64,000 bases of DNA from a virus (IMGVR_UViG_3300029288_000078:118733-182732); one strand, 5' to 3'; counted from the first letter of the stretch, positions 38,689-48,820 are shown. Program-made: numbers and translations. The notes: a model not told the origin generated them from the letters alone.

Positions 38689-39054
38689 TTATTTTTCCTT
38701 TGCTGGCTTCTCTACTACTTTCGGTTTTTTACTATCCACTTCTATTTGCTGCGCTTGGCGTAATGCAGCAGCTAACGCAACTACTGGTTCTGAATCTGTA
38801 AGCTCAGTACCATCCTCGCCCCACCACTCAGGCTTCTTGCCTACCAAATGCATATTTAGATTAGACAACAATTGAAACAAAAAGTAAATATCGTCAGACT
38901 CTAAAATATCCTTCAACAATCGGCTACGCACTTTGCCCGATTCACCACGATCTTTTAAAGTTAAAAACAATTTTGCTTCAAATTGACCAACATAACGAGT
39001 GGCTGTATTTTCGCCAACACAATCTACATCTATATACCGAACCTCTGATGACAT
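38689..39054 (-). CDS. hypothetical protein
   Basis: ORF. Confidence 0.45.
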   Translation of the reverse strand: MSSEVRYIDVDCVGENTATRYVGQFEAKLFLTLKDRGESGKVRSRLLKDILESDDIYFLFQLLSNLNMHLVGKKPEWWGEDGTELTDSEPVVALAAALRQAQQIEVDSKKPKVVEKPAKEK

Positions 39055-39090
39055 AAAAACCTCCTTAAAAAACTTAAGGAGATTGTAATC

Positions 39091-39528
39091 TTACTTATTC
39101 AATCCAGCAAACCCACCCTGCTTAAACGCATTGCCTTGTTTGTTTATAAACTCTTGTTCCTCTTCAGAAAAATCATCCGGTATTTCTAATTCTTCTGTAT
39201 CCATTAAACCGTCAAATGCGTCTTCAGCTTCTTCTTTGTTTTCTTTTATAACTTCACCCGCTCGCGTCTCAGGCTCTTTCTTGCTTTCCGAAATCAACAT
39301 TACTTCTAAGAGCAAATCATCTACAGTTAAGTCTTCAAAAAACGAAGAGTGGTATGGAATATTAAAATGAGAAGATACTAAATATTTTAAACGATCAACT
39401 AAATCCTGTTCAGTTGTCATTTGATTGTTAACTATTTTTTTCGCTTTTTCGGAGGCATATTGATATCGCTCATGAAAAAACGCTTCTTGCGACGTTAAAT
39501 TAGCAAGAATTTCTTCTATAGATTTCAA
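39091..39528 (-). CDS. acidic hypothetical protein
   Basis: ORF. Confidence 0.45.
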   Translation of the reverse strand: MKSIEEILANLTSQEAFFHERYQYASEKAKKIVNNQMTTEQDLVDRLKYLVSSHFNIPYHSSFFEDLTVDDLLLEVMLISESKKEPETRAGEVIKENKEEAEDAFDGLMDTEELEIPDDFSEEEQEFINKQGNAFKQGGFAGLNK

Positions 39529-40133
39529 AGGCCGTACCTACTCATGGTTCGTGCTAATTTATTTGCCGCTTGTTGTGTTTTTAATGCCATCGCAGATACA
39601 CCAGTAGGATATGGTGTAAATGGTTGATAAACCCAATGCTGATACGAAACACCAACATAAGTCGCAGAACGGATAGTTACCGCACCTTTAACAAATCCAC
39701 CTTGCACCGCAGTAAACATTCCCCTAGAGAAAAATTGAGCGTTACCATTTACATCTTGAACCAGTATTTCAATCATAGGCTGGTGGAGTATCGACTGCAT
39801 CGTGTGAAACAAACCTTCAGATTCGAACGAAGTATCTGGATCTACAATTTTGCGTAAAGTGCCTGTTATTTTTACTTGACCAACAACTATATCCCAAGGA
39901 AAAGAAGTGTCGATTGTTCTAATTTCTTCTGTTTCTGCTGTTACCGTATAGTTAAATTCCATTGCCAGCGCTAATGGCTTACCTGCAACCTGAATGAATG
40001 TACGAGCGCCTGTAGAGTATTTTGGGTAAGTTTTATTAACGCCCTTCGCAGCTTCCGCTAACTGCTGCTGCTGAGCACTAAACGTACTCATCGCCTGTGG
40101 AGGAGCTACAGATTTTAATCCAACATTACCCAT
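39525..40133 (-). CDS. tail tube-like protein, paralog 3
   Basis: Start at MGNVGLK (40133). The track start at 40259 would run through a tRNA. Distant resemblance to the two upstream tube-like paralogs. Confidence 0.4.
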   Translation of the reverse strand: MGNVGLKSVAPPQAMSTFSAQQQQLAEAAKGVNKTYPKYSTGARTFIQVAGKPLALAMEFNYTVTAETEEIRTIDTSFPWDIVVGQVKITGTLRKIVDPDTSFESEGLFHTMQSILHQPMIEILVQDVNGNAQFFSRGMFTAVQGGFVKGAVTIRSATYVGVSYQHWVYQPFTPYPTGVSAMALKTQQAANKLARTMSRYGL

Positions 40134-40151
40134 GCGATTGTACCTAAAAAA

Positions 40152-40234
40152 TGGAGCCGAAGACAGGACTCGAACCTGCGGTGTGTTATACGACATTACA
40201 AATGTCGTCCGTTCGCCACTACGGGAACTTCGGC
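40152..40234 (-). tRNA. tRNA (putative Thr, TGT), atypical long variable region
   Basis: Reverse complement reads GCCGAAG...CAGGTTCGAGTCCTG...CTTCGGCTCCA. Perfect acceptor stem. T-loop TTCGAGT and CCA. Anticodon loop TTTGTAA. The 10-11-nt variable region has no internal stem. Confidence 0.55.
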
Positions 40235-40275
40235 AATAAGTCATCTTAACAGAAATCACTCAAAGAAAAACTCGA

Positions 40276-40992
40276 TTAAATACCTTGTTCTTTGATCACA
40301 GAATCAAGTTTTTCATTTCGGGCTAAGTTAGTTGTATCAAAATTCTGTTGAGCAAGTAGCCCTTGGAAATTTAAAGGCTCATTAACTAATTGTCCTTGTG
40401 CTATATTAACGTTTCTGCTGGTTAGACGACAATCATGTAAAACCATAAACTTAATCAAAGAAGTTGCAGGAGCCGTCGAGGTTGCAGCTGCTACTGTTCC
40501 TGAACTTTGTGCTGCTGCCATAAGTGTTTTTACTTCAGCATCTGGAATAGCATGACCGTAATTTGTATAGTTCATGTAAATTTCAATATCAAACGTAGCC
40601 GAAGTTAATATTTTTACAGGATTTAAATGATCCCAAATATTATTTTCATATAAAACATTGTTACCAGTTGCAGAAGCTACAGAACTATCTATCAAGTCTT
40701 TATTCATGATTTTAGTCTTGTCATATAAAGCTTGACTTGCTGTTTTGCGTGTCTGTCTTTGTAAGTTACTTTGAAGACGAACGATTTGAAAAGATCCAGT
40801 AACGGGTTGATACTGAGTCGGTTCATATGAAGCTGGCGCTAGGTCGCCCAAAACATAAACCGGCTGAACTGTAGTTGATACGTTAATGTTCAAACCAATT
40901 GCATAGCCTATTTTTTTAAAATCGCCATTACTATTACGAATTCCTATTACAAGACGAGGAGCCGAAGCGAACAGAGGCTTTTTACCTGACAT
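40276..40992 (-). CDS. tail tube-like protein, paralog 2
   Basis: ATG 40992 after AAGGGAGAA. Shares ...NPV(K/Q)(I/L)L(T/L)SATFDI(E/D)... and ...DCRLT... blocks with 41007..41522. Confidence 0.5.
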   Translation of the reverse strand: MSGKKPLFASAPRLVIGIRNSNGDFKKIGYAIGLNINVSTTVQPVYVLGDLAPASYEPTQYQPVTGSFQIVRLQSNLQRQTRKTASQALYDKTKIMNKDLIDSSVASATGNNVLYENNIWDHLNPVKILTSATFDIEIYMNYTNYGHAIPDAEVKTLMAAAQSSGTVAAATSTAPATSLIKFMVLHDCRLTSRNVNIAQGQLVNEPLNFQGLLAQQNFDTTNLARNEKLDSVIKEQGI

Positions 40993-41006
40993 AATTATTT
41001 TCTCCC

Positions 41007-41522
41007 TTATTCCATATCTGCGACTTGAGTACAAACAAACGACATATCTTCAAACAACAGAGATCCAGGTTGAAAGGAGAATGAATAATTTGTTAATCTA
41101 CAATCTTTTAATTTATATATAGGCACTAAATCAGCTGCGCCTGTTGTATCTTGACGACCAAATACATCAATATCAAAAGTCGCGGATAACAATAACTGCA
41201 CAGGATTAAAATGATTAATATCAATAACGCCATTTCCTGAAGTAAAATCTGGAGACAATGTATTCGAAGGAAGATTATCTGGAGTTCCTTTTGTGCCTGC
41301 TGCATCATAAAGTTCTTTAGTCCAACGAACAACTCGCATAGAACCACCAGCGGAAAATTGTACTGGTTCTAAAGCCGAAGCCGAGAACATTCCCACGCCC
41401 GAAACCGCAGCAAGAGATACGTTTTGATTAAATGATAAACTTTGACAATAAGCGAGAGTAACTCCACCTATCTTAACCACCAACATACTGCCGTTTTGAA
41501 ACGAGGCTATTTGTCCACTCAT
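41007..41522 (-). CDS. tail tube protein, paralog 1
   Basis: 171 aa, a size typical of tube proteins. Paralog of 40276..40992. Confidence 0.5.
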   Translation of the reverse strand: MSGQIASFQNGSMLVVKIGGVTLAYCQSLSFNQNVSLAAVSGVGMFSASALEPVQFSAGGSMRVVRWTKELYDAAGTKGTPDNLPSNTLSPDFTSGNGVIDINHFNPVQLLLSATFDIDVFGRQDTTGAADLVPIYKLKDCRLTNYSFSFQPGSLLFEDMSFVCTQVADME

Positions 41523-41642
41523 CGAACGATCTCCTTTTCTTGTTCTTTAATCATAACTAAAGAATAGCATTGACTTGCCGACAATCTCATTTCGCCTTAC
41601 AATAACCGCATGAATAAAATAAACAAAAAAAAAGGAAACATT

Positions 41643-42701
41643 ATGTCCCAAAAAATTCCCGTTGAGGAGTTCAAACTCAGATATTCATTAGTAGGCTTGA
41701 CCGATTTTTTTGACGAATCTACTTACGAATGTATGACAAAAAAGGCCAGATTTGTTGATCCAAAATACGGAGAATACTGGATCAAACCTAAAGTAGTTAT
41801 ACAAAAAAAGAGTGGGCACAGAGCGCGTATTGTTGAGAAAATTTTCGCAACCAAGACAAAAAACAATACGTTTCAAAAGCCAAAAGAAAAACCACCCAAA
41901 ATATCCAAGAAGCCGACATGTGAAACAATCGAAAAAAGAGTACAAGAAATAAACCCAAATATATCTATAGTAAAAGACACTTTCATAAGTAAAAGTAAAA
42001 AGTGTACATTTTACGAAGAAGGACATGGCTTTTTTACAGGAAAAGCCTCTTCATTTTTTTCTGGAAAAACTAAAGGATTTCCTAGACGAGGAGAACGTAT
42101 AAAAGAAGCTTGGGAAAACACCTATGCCAATAATCAAGAATTAATTAATGCCCGCACAGAAAAAATGAACAACACCATGAAGGAAATATATGGAGAAAAA
42201 GGATATAAAGCAGATGTCATTGTAAATAAATACAAGGCCACGATGCTCAAAATACATGGAACAGAACATCCTATGCATTCTCCAGAAATAGCTCTAAAAA
42301 CAGCCAAATCTCAAAACCATGTATCTTTAATACCTCATTGGCAGACGAATGCTGAACTTGTTTGTGTAGCTAGTTATGAAGCGATTGTTGTTTTATATTT
42401 TAATAAAAATCAAATTCCATTTGAATTTCAATCAAAAACATTTAATCTCCCTACGTTAAATACAACATATCGCCCTGACTTCTACTTACCAGATCAGGAT
42501 TTGTGGATAGAAACTAAAGGGTATTTTAGAGAAGATGCAAAAGCTAAATGGGAATTGTTTCATTCTCAATATCCAAACTCCGAACTATGGACAAGAGATG
42601 TTTTGTTTTCTAAAGGGCTTTTAAAGAAGGACGGCCAAGCTGCAAACAAAAAAGAACTCCAACAATATCGTTATATCAAGCCAATAAAAGAAGTTGCTTA
42701 A
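41643..42701 (+). CDS. PD-(D/E)xK nuclease (homing-endonuclease-like) with N-terminal putative DNA-binding domain
   Basis: ATG after AAGGAAACATT. C-terminal PDFYLP...LWIETKG is a PD-(D/E)xK signature. Its N-terminal domain is shared with 42758..43015. Confidence 0.55.
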   Translation: MSQKIPVEEFKLRYSLVGLTDFFDESTYECMTKKARFVDPKYGEYWIKPKVVIQKKSGHRARIVEKIFATKTKNNTFQKPKEKPPKISKKPTCETIEKRVQEINPNISIVKDTFISKSKKCTFYEEGHGFFTGKASSFFSGKTKGFPRRGERIKEAWENTYANNQELINARTEKMNNTMKEIYGEKGYKADVIVNKYKATMLKIHGTEHPMHSPEIALKTAKSQNHVSLIPHWQTNAELVCVASYEAIVVLYFNKNQIPFEFQSKTFNLPTLNTTYRPDFYLPDQDLWIETKGYFREDAKAKWELFHSQYPNSELWTRDVLFSKGLLKKDGQAANKKELQQYRYIKPIKEVA

Positions 42702-42757
42702 CTTGCCTTTAACTCGTATTTCCAGTATTATTCACGTGAAAAGCACAAGGAGAAAAT

Positions 42758-43015
42758 ATGCCAGCCAAAATTACATGTGAAGAATTTTTACGTTTATATA
42801 AATTATTAAAAAGAGATGATGTTTTAGACGAATCTACCTATACAAATGCAAGCACAAAAGCCAAGTTTATTGATAAAGAATTTGGCGATTATTGGGTTCG
42901 ACCATCCGCCCTGCTTTTCGGATCTGTTATTGGTCATCCAAAAAGACGCATCCAACGAGCTATTGAAACAAAAATAAAACTATATGGAACCGCAGGAAGA
43001 AGAAAGAAACAATGA
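42758..43015 (+). CDS. truncated paralog of the nuclease N-terminal domain (85 aa)
   Basis: EEFLRLYKL...DESTYT...GDYWVRP matches EEFKLRYSL...DESTYE...GEYWIKP. It carries no nuclease domain. Confidence 0.4.
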   Translation: MPAKITCEEFLRLYKLLKRDDVLDESTYTNASTKAKFIDKEFGDYWVRPSALLFGSVIGHPKRRIQRAIETKIKLYGTAGRRKKQ

Positions 43016-43338
43016 AACTCGACACATCAGCGTTAAGAGCTATTACTGGTAATAAATTCGATGTACAACAACTCAATGGGGCTGGCGATATAACCCTCGC
43101 CCTTTGCGTTAAGGTTTCATATTTAGAAAGAACAGTAGCGCAAAACGAACATGAATTCTTCAAAAAATTTATAGATAATTTAGAAGAAGCAATTAAAGAC
43201 ACAAGAACATATAAAGACGCTATCGCCAATACAACCCACGAAATAGACTTCCTACGAAAAAAAATAGACGACTTACAACAATATAAAACTTATTACGAAC
43301 TCCATTATCAAATGCAAAACAAGGAAAAAATAAAGTGA
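43012..43338 (+). CDS. coiled-coil hypothetical protein
   Basis: ORF overlapping both neighbours by 4 nt. Confidence 0.4.
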   Translation: MKLDTSALRAITGNKFDVQQLNGAGDITLALCVKVSYLERTVAQNEHEFFKKFIDNLEEAIKDTRTYKDAIANTTHEIDFLRKKIDDLQQYKTYYELHYQMQNKEKIK

Positions 43339-43874
43339 GAAAACATAGAGATCAATACTTCACACCCAAAAGCTTAACCACCGCATTATTGCAAACTGTA
43401 AAAATATCAGGAACCGTCTTAGAACCATGCTGCGGAGAAGGTTGGATTGCTGATGTTTTAAAAGATTATGAATGTGATGTAATCACTAACGATATAGACG
43501 AAAAATTCCCTGCACATTTTAATTTAGATGCAACAAGCGAATCGTTCTGGCTACAAATGAAAGGCGGATATAAGGATATTAATTGGATATGCACAAATCC
43601 TCCCTTTAGCTTGGCACATACTTTTATGAAAGAAGCTTATAAACTCGCAACAACAGGAGTAGCTTTATTAGTAAGACTTTCTTTTTTAGAACCATGTGAA
43701 GGTAGAGATAAATTTTTAGTAGCACATCCACCCGATCAGATTATAGTAATGCCTCGCATATCTTTTACCGGCGATGGCAAAAGTGATTCTGTTACTTGCT
43801 GTTGGCTCATATGGTACAAAGATCAAAGAACTGTTAACAAACCTGTTTCTGTTTATTTAAGGGAGTGGCTATAA
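43335..43874 (+). CDS. orphan N6-adenine DNA methyltransferase (small, gamma-like motif order)
   Basis: Motifs DQYFTP (X), LEPCCGEGW (I) and TNPPF (IV). Confidence 0.7.
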   Translation: MRKHRDQYFTPKSLTTALLQTVKISGTVLEPCCGEGWIADVLKDYECDVITNDIDEKFPAHFNLDATSESFWLQMKGGYKDINWICTNPPFSLAHTFMKEAYKLATTGVALLVRLSFLEPCEGRDKFLVAHPPDQIIVMPRISFTGDGKSDSVTCCWLIWYKDQRTVNKPVSVYLREWL

Positions 43875-44019
43875 TAAAAACCCCAACAGAATGCCAAGGC
43901 AATGTGTTGGGGCGCTAATCTAACCACTAAAGAGGCAATAAAGCTGATCCTAGCAGTAAGTAACAAATCTCGCGCATAGCGAAAGATTATCTCCTCCTCC
44001 GGTAACGTAGGTGAGCTGA

Positions 44020-45633
44020 TTATAGTTTAGCATGTTTAACATACTTTATTTGGCCATAATCATAATATTTTTTTAATCCAAAATCATATCCTGTATTTCC
44101 TAGAAACTTCCTACGATTATATAATTCATTTGTATCTGCCCAAAAGAACCCTATGTGCTCTTTTTCTTTCACAAAACCGTATTGCAATAGATGTTCCCCA
44201 GTTCCGTGCCTTTTGTCTACAAAATTGACAATATCTAATTCGAGTTTAGAAAGTTCTTTAATAAGTTTAGAATACGCTCCAATAACGGTGCATTCGCATT
44301 TATTACAAAAACGGCTAATGTGAATTTGATTCTTTAACAGATAAAAACGAATTGCACATATAACTTGATTATCAAAAGTTAAAGCTAAAGTTTTCCCCTG
44401 ACCTTTTCCCATTAAATGATTTTCTGTGAAAAAAGTGTTTGAAGCCTCATTATCTAAAAGTGTCACCACACCCTTTCTTGCGTGAAACTTATTAGTTATT
44501 AATTTCAATTTGTTTTTAATCATAGACATTACGATTGCTTTTTTATTATCTATTTCCCATTGAGTAAAAGATAAAAAAGCATATCCTTCTTTTAGGTAAA
44601 TCTCTGCTTTTTTATAATGATATCCTTTTGGTCGATACTCCTCAGTATGATAACGAACGCCGTCTGTTTCAATAATTAGCCTGACTGGGAACTCCACTCT
44701 TATGTCTGGGCGTATTTTATAATTAGGAAGCCGGTTGTTATAAATAGCCGCTGAAACTAATTTATCAATATTTAAAAGTTTTTCATATTCTCGAATAGAC
44801 AAGACGGCTTCTATAATATTTAATGTTTTTTTATAATGTCGATAAAATGTAGTTGAATTTATTCCTGCTTCCTTGCACGCTTTATTAAAAGAAACTCCTT
44901 CAGCTACCTTGTTTTTAACCATTAATGCCTGATCTATTTTTTTGATTTTTCGAAAAAGAGTAGCCGTTAAAGCGTTTTTCCACTGACCAATCCAAGAATA
45001 TTCTTTATATGTAAAGACAGCATTACCGTTTTCTGCTTCTTGAACGTCCAATCCTATTCTTTGTCTTCTGGCTATTGCTAATTCTTTTTTTCGATTTTGG
45101 CCTATTAATGGGGAAAACCCATCTTTCATAAACTTTTTTATCTGTCCACGTCTTTTGGTTCCATCAGCAAAAAAAACATCAATAACATTGTCGGTATCTC
45201 TTAAATCGCCGACTAAATGAACGTTATTGTTCTTGGCGATCTGTTCTATTACGTTAACTGTATATTTCTTTTTAATTCGTTTATTTTGTGAGGAAACTCT
45301 TTCACTATTTTTTTTAGACGATAACCACGATCTCATGTTTTGCAGATGTTCTTCTGAGATGTAAAATGGTTTTCCTTTTTGTTCTGCCGCTAGTTTTCTT
45401 AAATGTTCTATGTGTTTTTCTTTTTTTTCAGAAGTAATGTTTTCCCATGCTTTTTTACAGGATGCTGACAGGTTCTCTTTATTAGGACGAACGCGACCTG
45501 TTCCTCGTAAAAATCTCTTATATGTAACAAAAGAATATTCTGGGAATTCTTTTGCAATTTGACTAATAGAGATTCCTTGCGCTCGACGTTGTTTTATTTT
45601 TTCTTGTAATTCATTGTCTGAACAGAAAGGCAT
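44020..45633 (-). mobile_element. free-standing homing-endonuclease-like gene (DUF559/Vsr-like nuclease domain + HTH domains)
   Basis: 537-aa ORF with LIIETDGVRYH matching the (V/I)E(V/T)DGxxH DUF559 motif. HTH-like segments. Lies between the tail tube and sheath genes. RBS lies in an 11-bp hairpin. Confidence 0.55.
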
Positions 45634-45666
45634 GTAAACTTCCTCATTTATATCAAGGAAGTTTAC
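45634..45666 (-). promoter_or_regulatory. RBS-sequestering stem-loop upstream of the homing-endonuclease ATG
   Basis: Perfect inverted repeat GTAAACTTCCT-11nt-AGGAAGTTTAC. The 3' arm contains the SD GAGGAAG and the ATG follows the stem directly. Confidence 0.55.
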
Positions 45667-45689
45667 ATTAAAAAGGCTGGGAAGTCAAA

Positions 45690-48533
45690 TTAAACGCCTC
45701 TTTCAGCAATGACTTCTATAGAAATTCCTTCAAGAGCCTCGACTGGTTGTAGAGAAACTTGAGCGGAATAGGTGTTTCCTAAATCCTTAACAAAGTTTAC
45801 TTTACCAGCTTTTAATGCGCCTTGAGCTACATAAGAATCAATCACGTTGTTTAATGCGGTAATTACTACAGCAGGTACAACATCCGTAGTGCGATTACCA
45901 ATATAGTTTTCGAGAACACTGCGCATTACTTGACGAACTTCATCTAAAACGAACAATACACTAGCTCTTTCCCATACCCAACCTTGAGGGTCGTTCTGGC
46001 GGCTACGGGTAGTTAAGTCAGGACTTACCATTTGTACGCCAAACCCAGGATTGAATTTAAAGCATAAAAGGCCAGCTTCAATTGCATCGCTTAACATTCC
46101 TTGATCTTCTGGATCAAAGTCTTTTACTAAAGTGTCGCTATAAATAGATTCATTACCAATGTGTTTAACATCAGAAACATTAAACGATTTGCGTAACATT
46201 GCAGTGCCGAGAACAGCTTGAGCGCGACCTGTTGCTACGCATATTCCAAGTTCCCAAGGAAGCAACCAAGCTACATCGCCTGTACTTGTTGTTGCCCTAG
46301 AAAGCTGAAATGCCATTTGAGTACGTTCATACGAAGAGGTTGCAGCAGCATTTTTCGAATCCACAAAAGAACCGTGAAATGATTGCATACCGAAACGTTC
46401 GCGCTTAATTAAAGTGCTTGATGCAGTAGCTACGTGAGCTTTCACTGCCGCATTAACGGAAGCAACATCGTAAGAAGAAGCAACATCAGTCAGCCCATCT
46501 TCAATATCATAAATCGCATCACGAGCAAAAAGAGGTAGTACATAAGAACAGTTAATTTTCAATCCAGCATCAAAGCCTGCTTGAATATCAGCGTTGGTTG
46601 TATGTCCTTTAGTAGCGCCAGAAAGATAAGAAACCGAAGCTTCAGGATCAGGCAAACCGCATTTTAACAACATAGTACCAGCAGCAAAAGCTAACAAGCC
46701 AGTTGTATACTCAGCAAAGTGTTGTGTCCAATCGTAGTAATCTTTTTTAATACGAGCGTTATATGCAGGAATAGCAGTAGCCGAAAGAATATCAACATTA
46801 GTTACTTCGTCTAAAACAGAAGTTAAATAACCATTGAATTTCTGATCAGTTACTTTACAGCTAAAGCCAGAAAGAGAATTAATATATTCTACTAATTCGC
46901 GAATCGAACGATACTTGCTTGTCAAAATTGTAACAGGAGATAAAGATCCACCTGTAAAGGTAACAGTTAACCGGCGACGATAATCAATGCTTAGTTTTGC
47001 AGCAGTAACAGAAGCATTATAAAACGAAATTTCAATTACAGGATTGCCACCAATAGGAGTAGTTGGCCATACAGCATTATCTTTAGAACGAGAAGCATCT
47101 ATAAATACTTTGTTTTCAGAAGCAGAAACAATCTTAAATGCAGAAACAGCATTAGTTACAAATCCAGCTTGATACTTAACAGGTTGAACGCCAGCAAGAG
47201 CTACAGCAGAAACAGCAGCAATTACAGTTCCACCAACTGGAATTAAATTCATAGAAGTTGAGCTAGCAGTATTTACAACATACCAACCAACGTTTTCTTT
47301 AGAAGCGCCAGCAACAGGAGAACTTGCATCGATATAGATTGCAGAACCAACACTTGGAACCGTAGCCCAAATCGTACCAGTTAAGGTCAAAGTTAACTTG
47401 CTAGAAGCAACAGTTGCCGCAATGTCACCAATTAATGTTCCATTTGCGCTGACAATATCAGTCCAAGAACTGTAATTAACAAAAGCAGGTACAGCTAAAT
47501 TTGAACCTGTACTATCAGATAATTCTAAAGTCGCACCAGAACCGATAACAGTTGTCTCAGTAACGGTAATAACAATTGGAGCAAAAATTAAAAATTCAGC
47601 AGTTGCATAAGCAGACTGATCAGCAAAAATACAATCAGCAACAGTTGCAGCTTCAGGAGCTACATAATCACCATCAACACCAGTTGCATTCCAACTCCAC
47701 AATTTACGTGCAGTAACAGTAGAAGCAGTTACGCCTTCAATTATAAACGCACCAGCATTTCCATTACTAGCTCCTTTGATTGCAGAAGCTTGAGGAATAA
47801 CTAGAACATCGCCAACCAATACGGAAGCTAATGAAAAAGTCGCACCAACAAAAGTAATAGTAGCTACAGAACCAACAGCCGAAACAGTAGCACTTGTACC
47901 ATCTGCACTAATTACAGATCGCAAAGAACCGCCAGTTACAGTACCCTCTGCACCAACAGCGGTAGACAATGCACTTACAACAGCAGGAGGCATAGCAGCA
48001 GCAGCTAAAGTCGATGTAGAATGAGTTTTACCAGAAATAACAGCCTTCAATACACGAGTAGAACCAGCAATTGGCAAATAAGCAAATGTCGCTGTAGGTT
48101 TAACTTCAGCTTGAGAAGTCTTAATCTGTTCACGAATTAAATTGCCATCCTCGTTCCAAGTAGCAGCTGCCAAAGAACCATAATTAGCAGGCGATGCAAT
48201 TACTTTTTCGGCGCGAGTAGTGTTGTTAGTTTTCCATACATACAAACGATTAACCGAACCACCAAATACTACACTTGGTTGATTACTAAATACTTGACGA
48301 GCTGCATCAACAACAGGACCGGCTTTATAATACGACAAAACACTATTATAATCAGTAAAATAATTCATCTGTAAATCAAGATAACTCGAAGGCACACCAG
48401 AATCAGCTTCGCCAACTATAAACAAATTGCGACCAGCAGGTGTAGGATTTGGTAAATTATCCTGTACTCGTAAGAAATCATAAACGCCAGGGATCACTGC
48501 CCTAGCTCCATTAATGACAAAAGGTAAAGTCAT
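45690..48533 (-). CDS. contractile tail sheath protein (large, with inserted Ala/Thr/Ser/Val-rich domains)
   Basis: N-terminal ...AVIPGVYDF... (sheath PGVY motif). C-terminal ...WVWERASV...QGALKAGKVNFVKD...ISIEVIAERGV resembles the sheath C-terminal domain. Confidence 0.7.
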   Translation of the reverse strand: MTLPFVINGARAVIPGVYDFLRVQDNLPNPTPAGRNLFIVGEADSGVPSSYLDLQMNYFTDYNSVLSYYKAGPVVDAARQVFSNQPSVVFGGSVNRLYVWKTNNTTRAEKVIASPANYGSLAAATWNEDGNLIREQIKTSQAEVKPTATFAYLPIAGSTRVLKAVISGKTHSTSTLAAAAMPPAVVSALSTAVGAEGTVTGGSLRSVISADGTSATVSAVGSVATITFVGATFSLASVLVGDVLVIPQASAIKGASNGNAGAFIIEGVTASTVTARKLWSWNATGVDGDYVAPEAATVADCIFADQSAYATAEFLIFAPIVITVTETTVIGSGATLELSDSTGSNLAVPAFVNYSSWTDIVSANGTLIGDIAATVASSKLTLTLTGTIWATVPSVGSAIYIDASSPVAGASKENVGWYVVNTASSTSMNLIPVGGTVIAAVSAVALAGVQPVKYQAGFVTNAVSAFKIVSASENKVFIDASRSKDNAVWPTTPIGGNPVIEISFYNASVTAAKLSIDYRRRLTVTFTGGSLSPVTILTSKYRSIRELVEYINSLSGFSCKVTDQKFNGYLTSVLDEVTNVDILSATAIPAYNARIKKDYYDWTQHFAEYTTGLLAFAAGTMLLKCGLPDPEASVSYLSGATKGHTTNADIQAGFDAGLKINCSYVLPLFARDAIYDIEDGLTDVASSYDVASVNAAVKAHVATASSTLIKRERFGMQSFHGSFVDSKNAAATSSYERTQMAFQLSRATTSTGDVAWLLPWELGICVATGRAQAVLGTAMLRKSFNVSDVKHIGNESIYSDTLVKDFDPEDQGMLSDAIEAGLLCFKFNPGFGVQMVSPDLTTRSRQNDPQGWVWERASVLFVLDEVRQVMRSVLENYIGNRTTDVVPAVVITALNNVIDSYVAQGALKAGKVNFVKDLGNTYSAQVSLQPVEALEGISIEVIAERGV

Positions 48534-48761
48534 TTTTCTCGTCTCCTTAAAAAATTCTATTTGCGTGAACTCTATTCAATTGTATCGCAGGAGAAAAAGA
48601 ACTAGACTTAATGATATGTTTAGACGGCTATTTTACCAGATTGTCAGATTGGAATCGGGGATTAGACTTTTGGGGGTTGGTAATGGGTCACTTTCTACTC
48701 TTTAAAACAGAGTATGCCCTCGAAAGGTAAGTTTTTTGACTGTTGTGGATTGATTAGTAGG

Positions 48762-48791
48762 CAAAATAAAACCCCCATTAAAAAATGGAGG
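48762..48791 (-). terminator. rho-independent terminator (minus strand)
   Basis: Reverse complement gives CCTCCATT/AATGGGGG stem followed by TTTTATTTT, downstream of 48821..50338. Confidence 0.5.
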
Positions 48792-48820
48792 TTAAAGATT
48801 AATACTAAAGGTATCTAGTA

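Noticed and set aside
39525-40259. Long version of the minus-strand ORF starting at 40259.
   Set aside because: The N-terminal 42 codons run through a tRNA gene (40152..40234). The internal Met at 40133 is used instead.
43875-44019. CCCCAACA…TGTTGGGG hairpin after the methyltransferase gene, considered as a rho-independent terminator.
   Set aside because: No T-tract follows on either strand. It is kept only as an unexplained structured element between convergent genes.
21089-48533. Phage-like contractile injection system (eCIS/PVC) rather than a phage.
   Set aside because: An endolysin, RNR-like, RtcB and PurA-like genes, tRNAs and a scaffold-like protein occur in the same region, so a complete phage is more likely. 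No capsid or terminase could be confirmed in this window, so this is not fully excluded.
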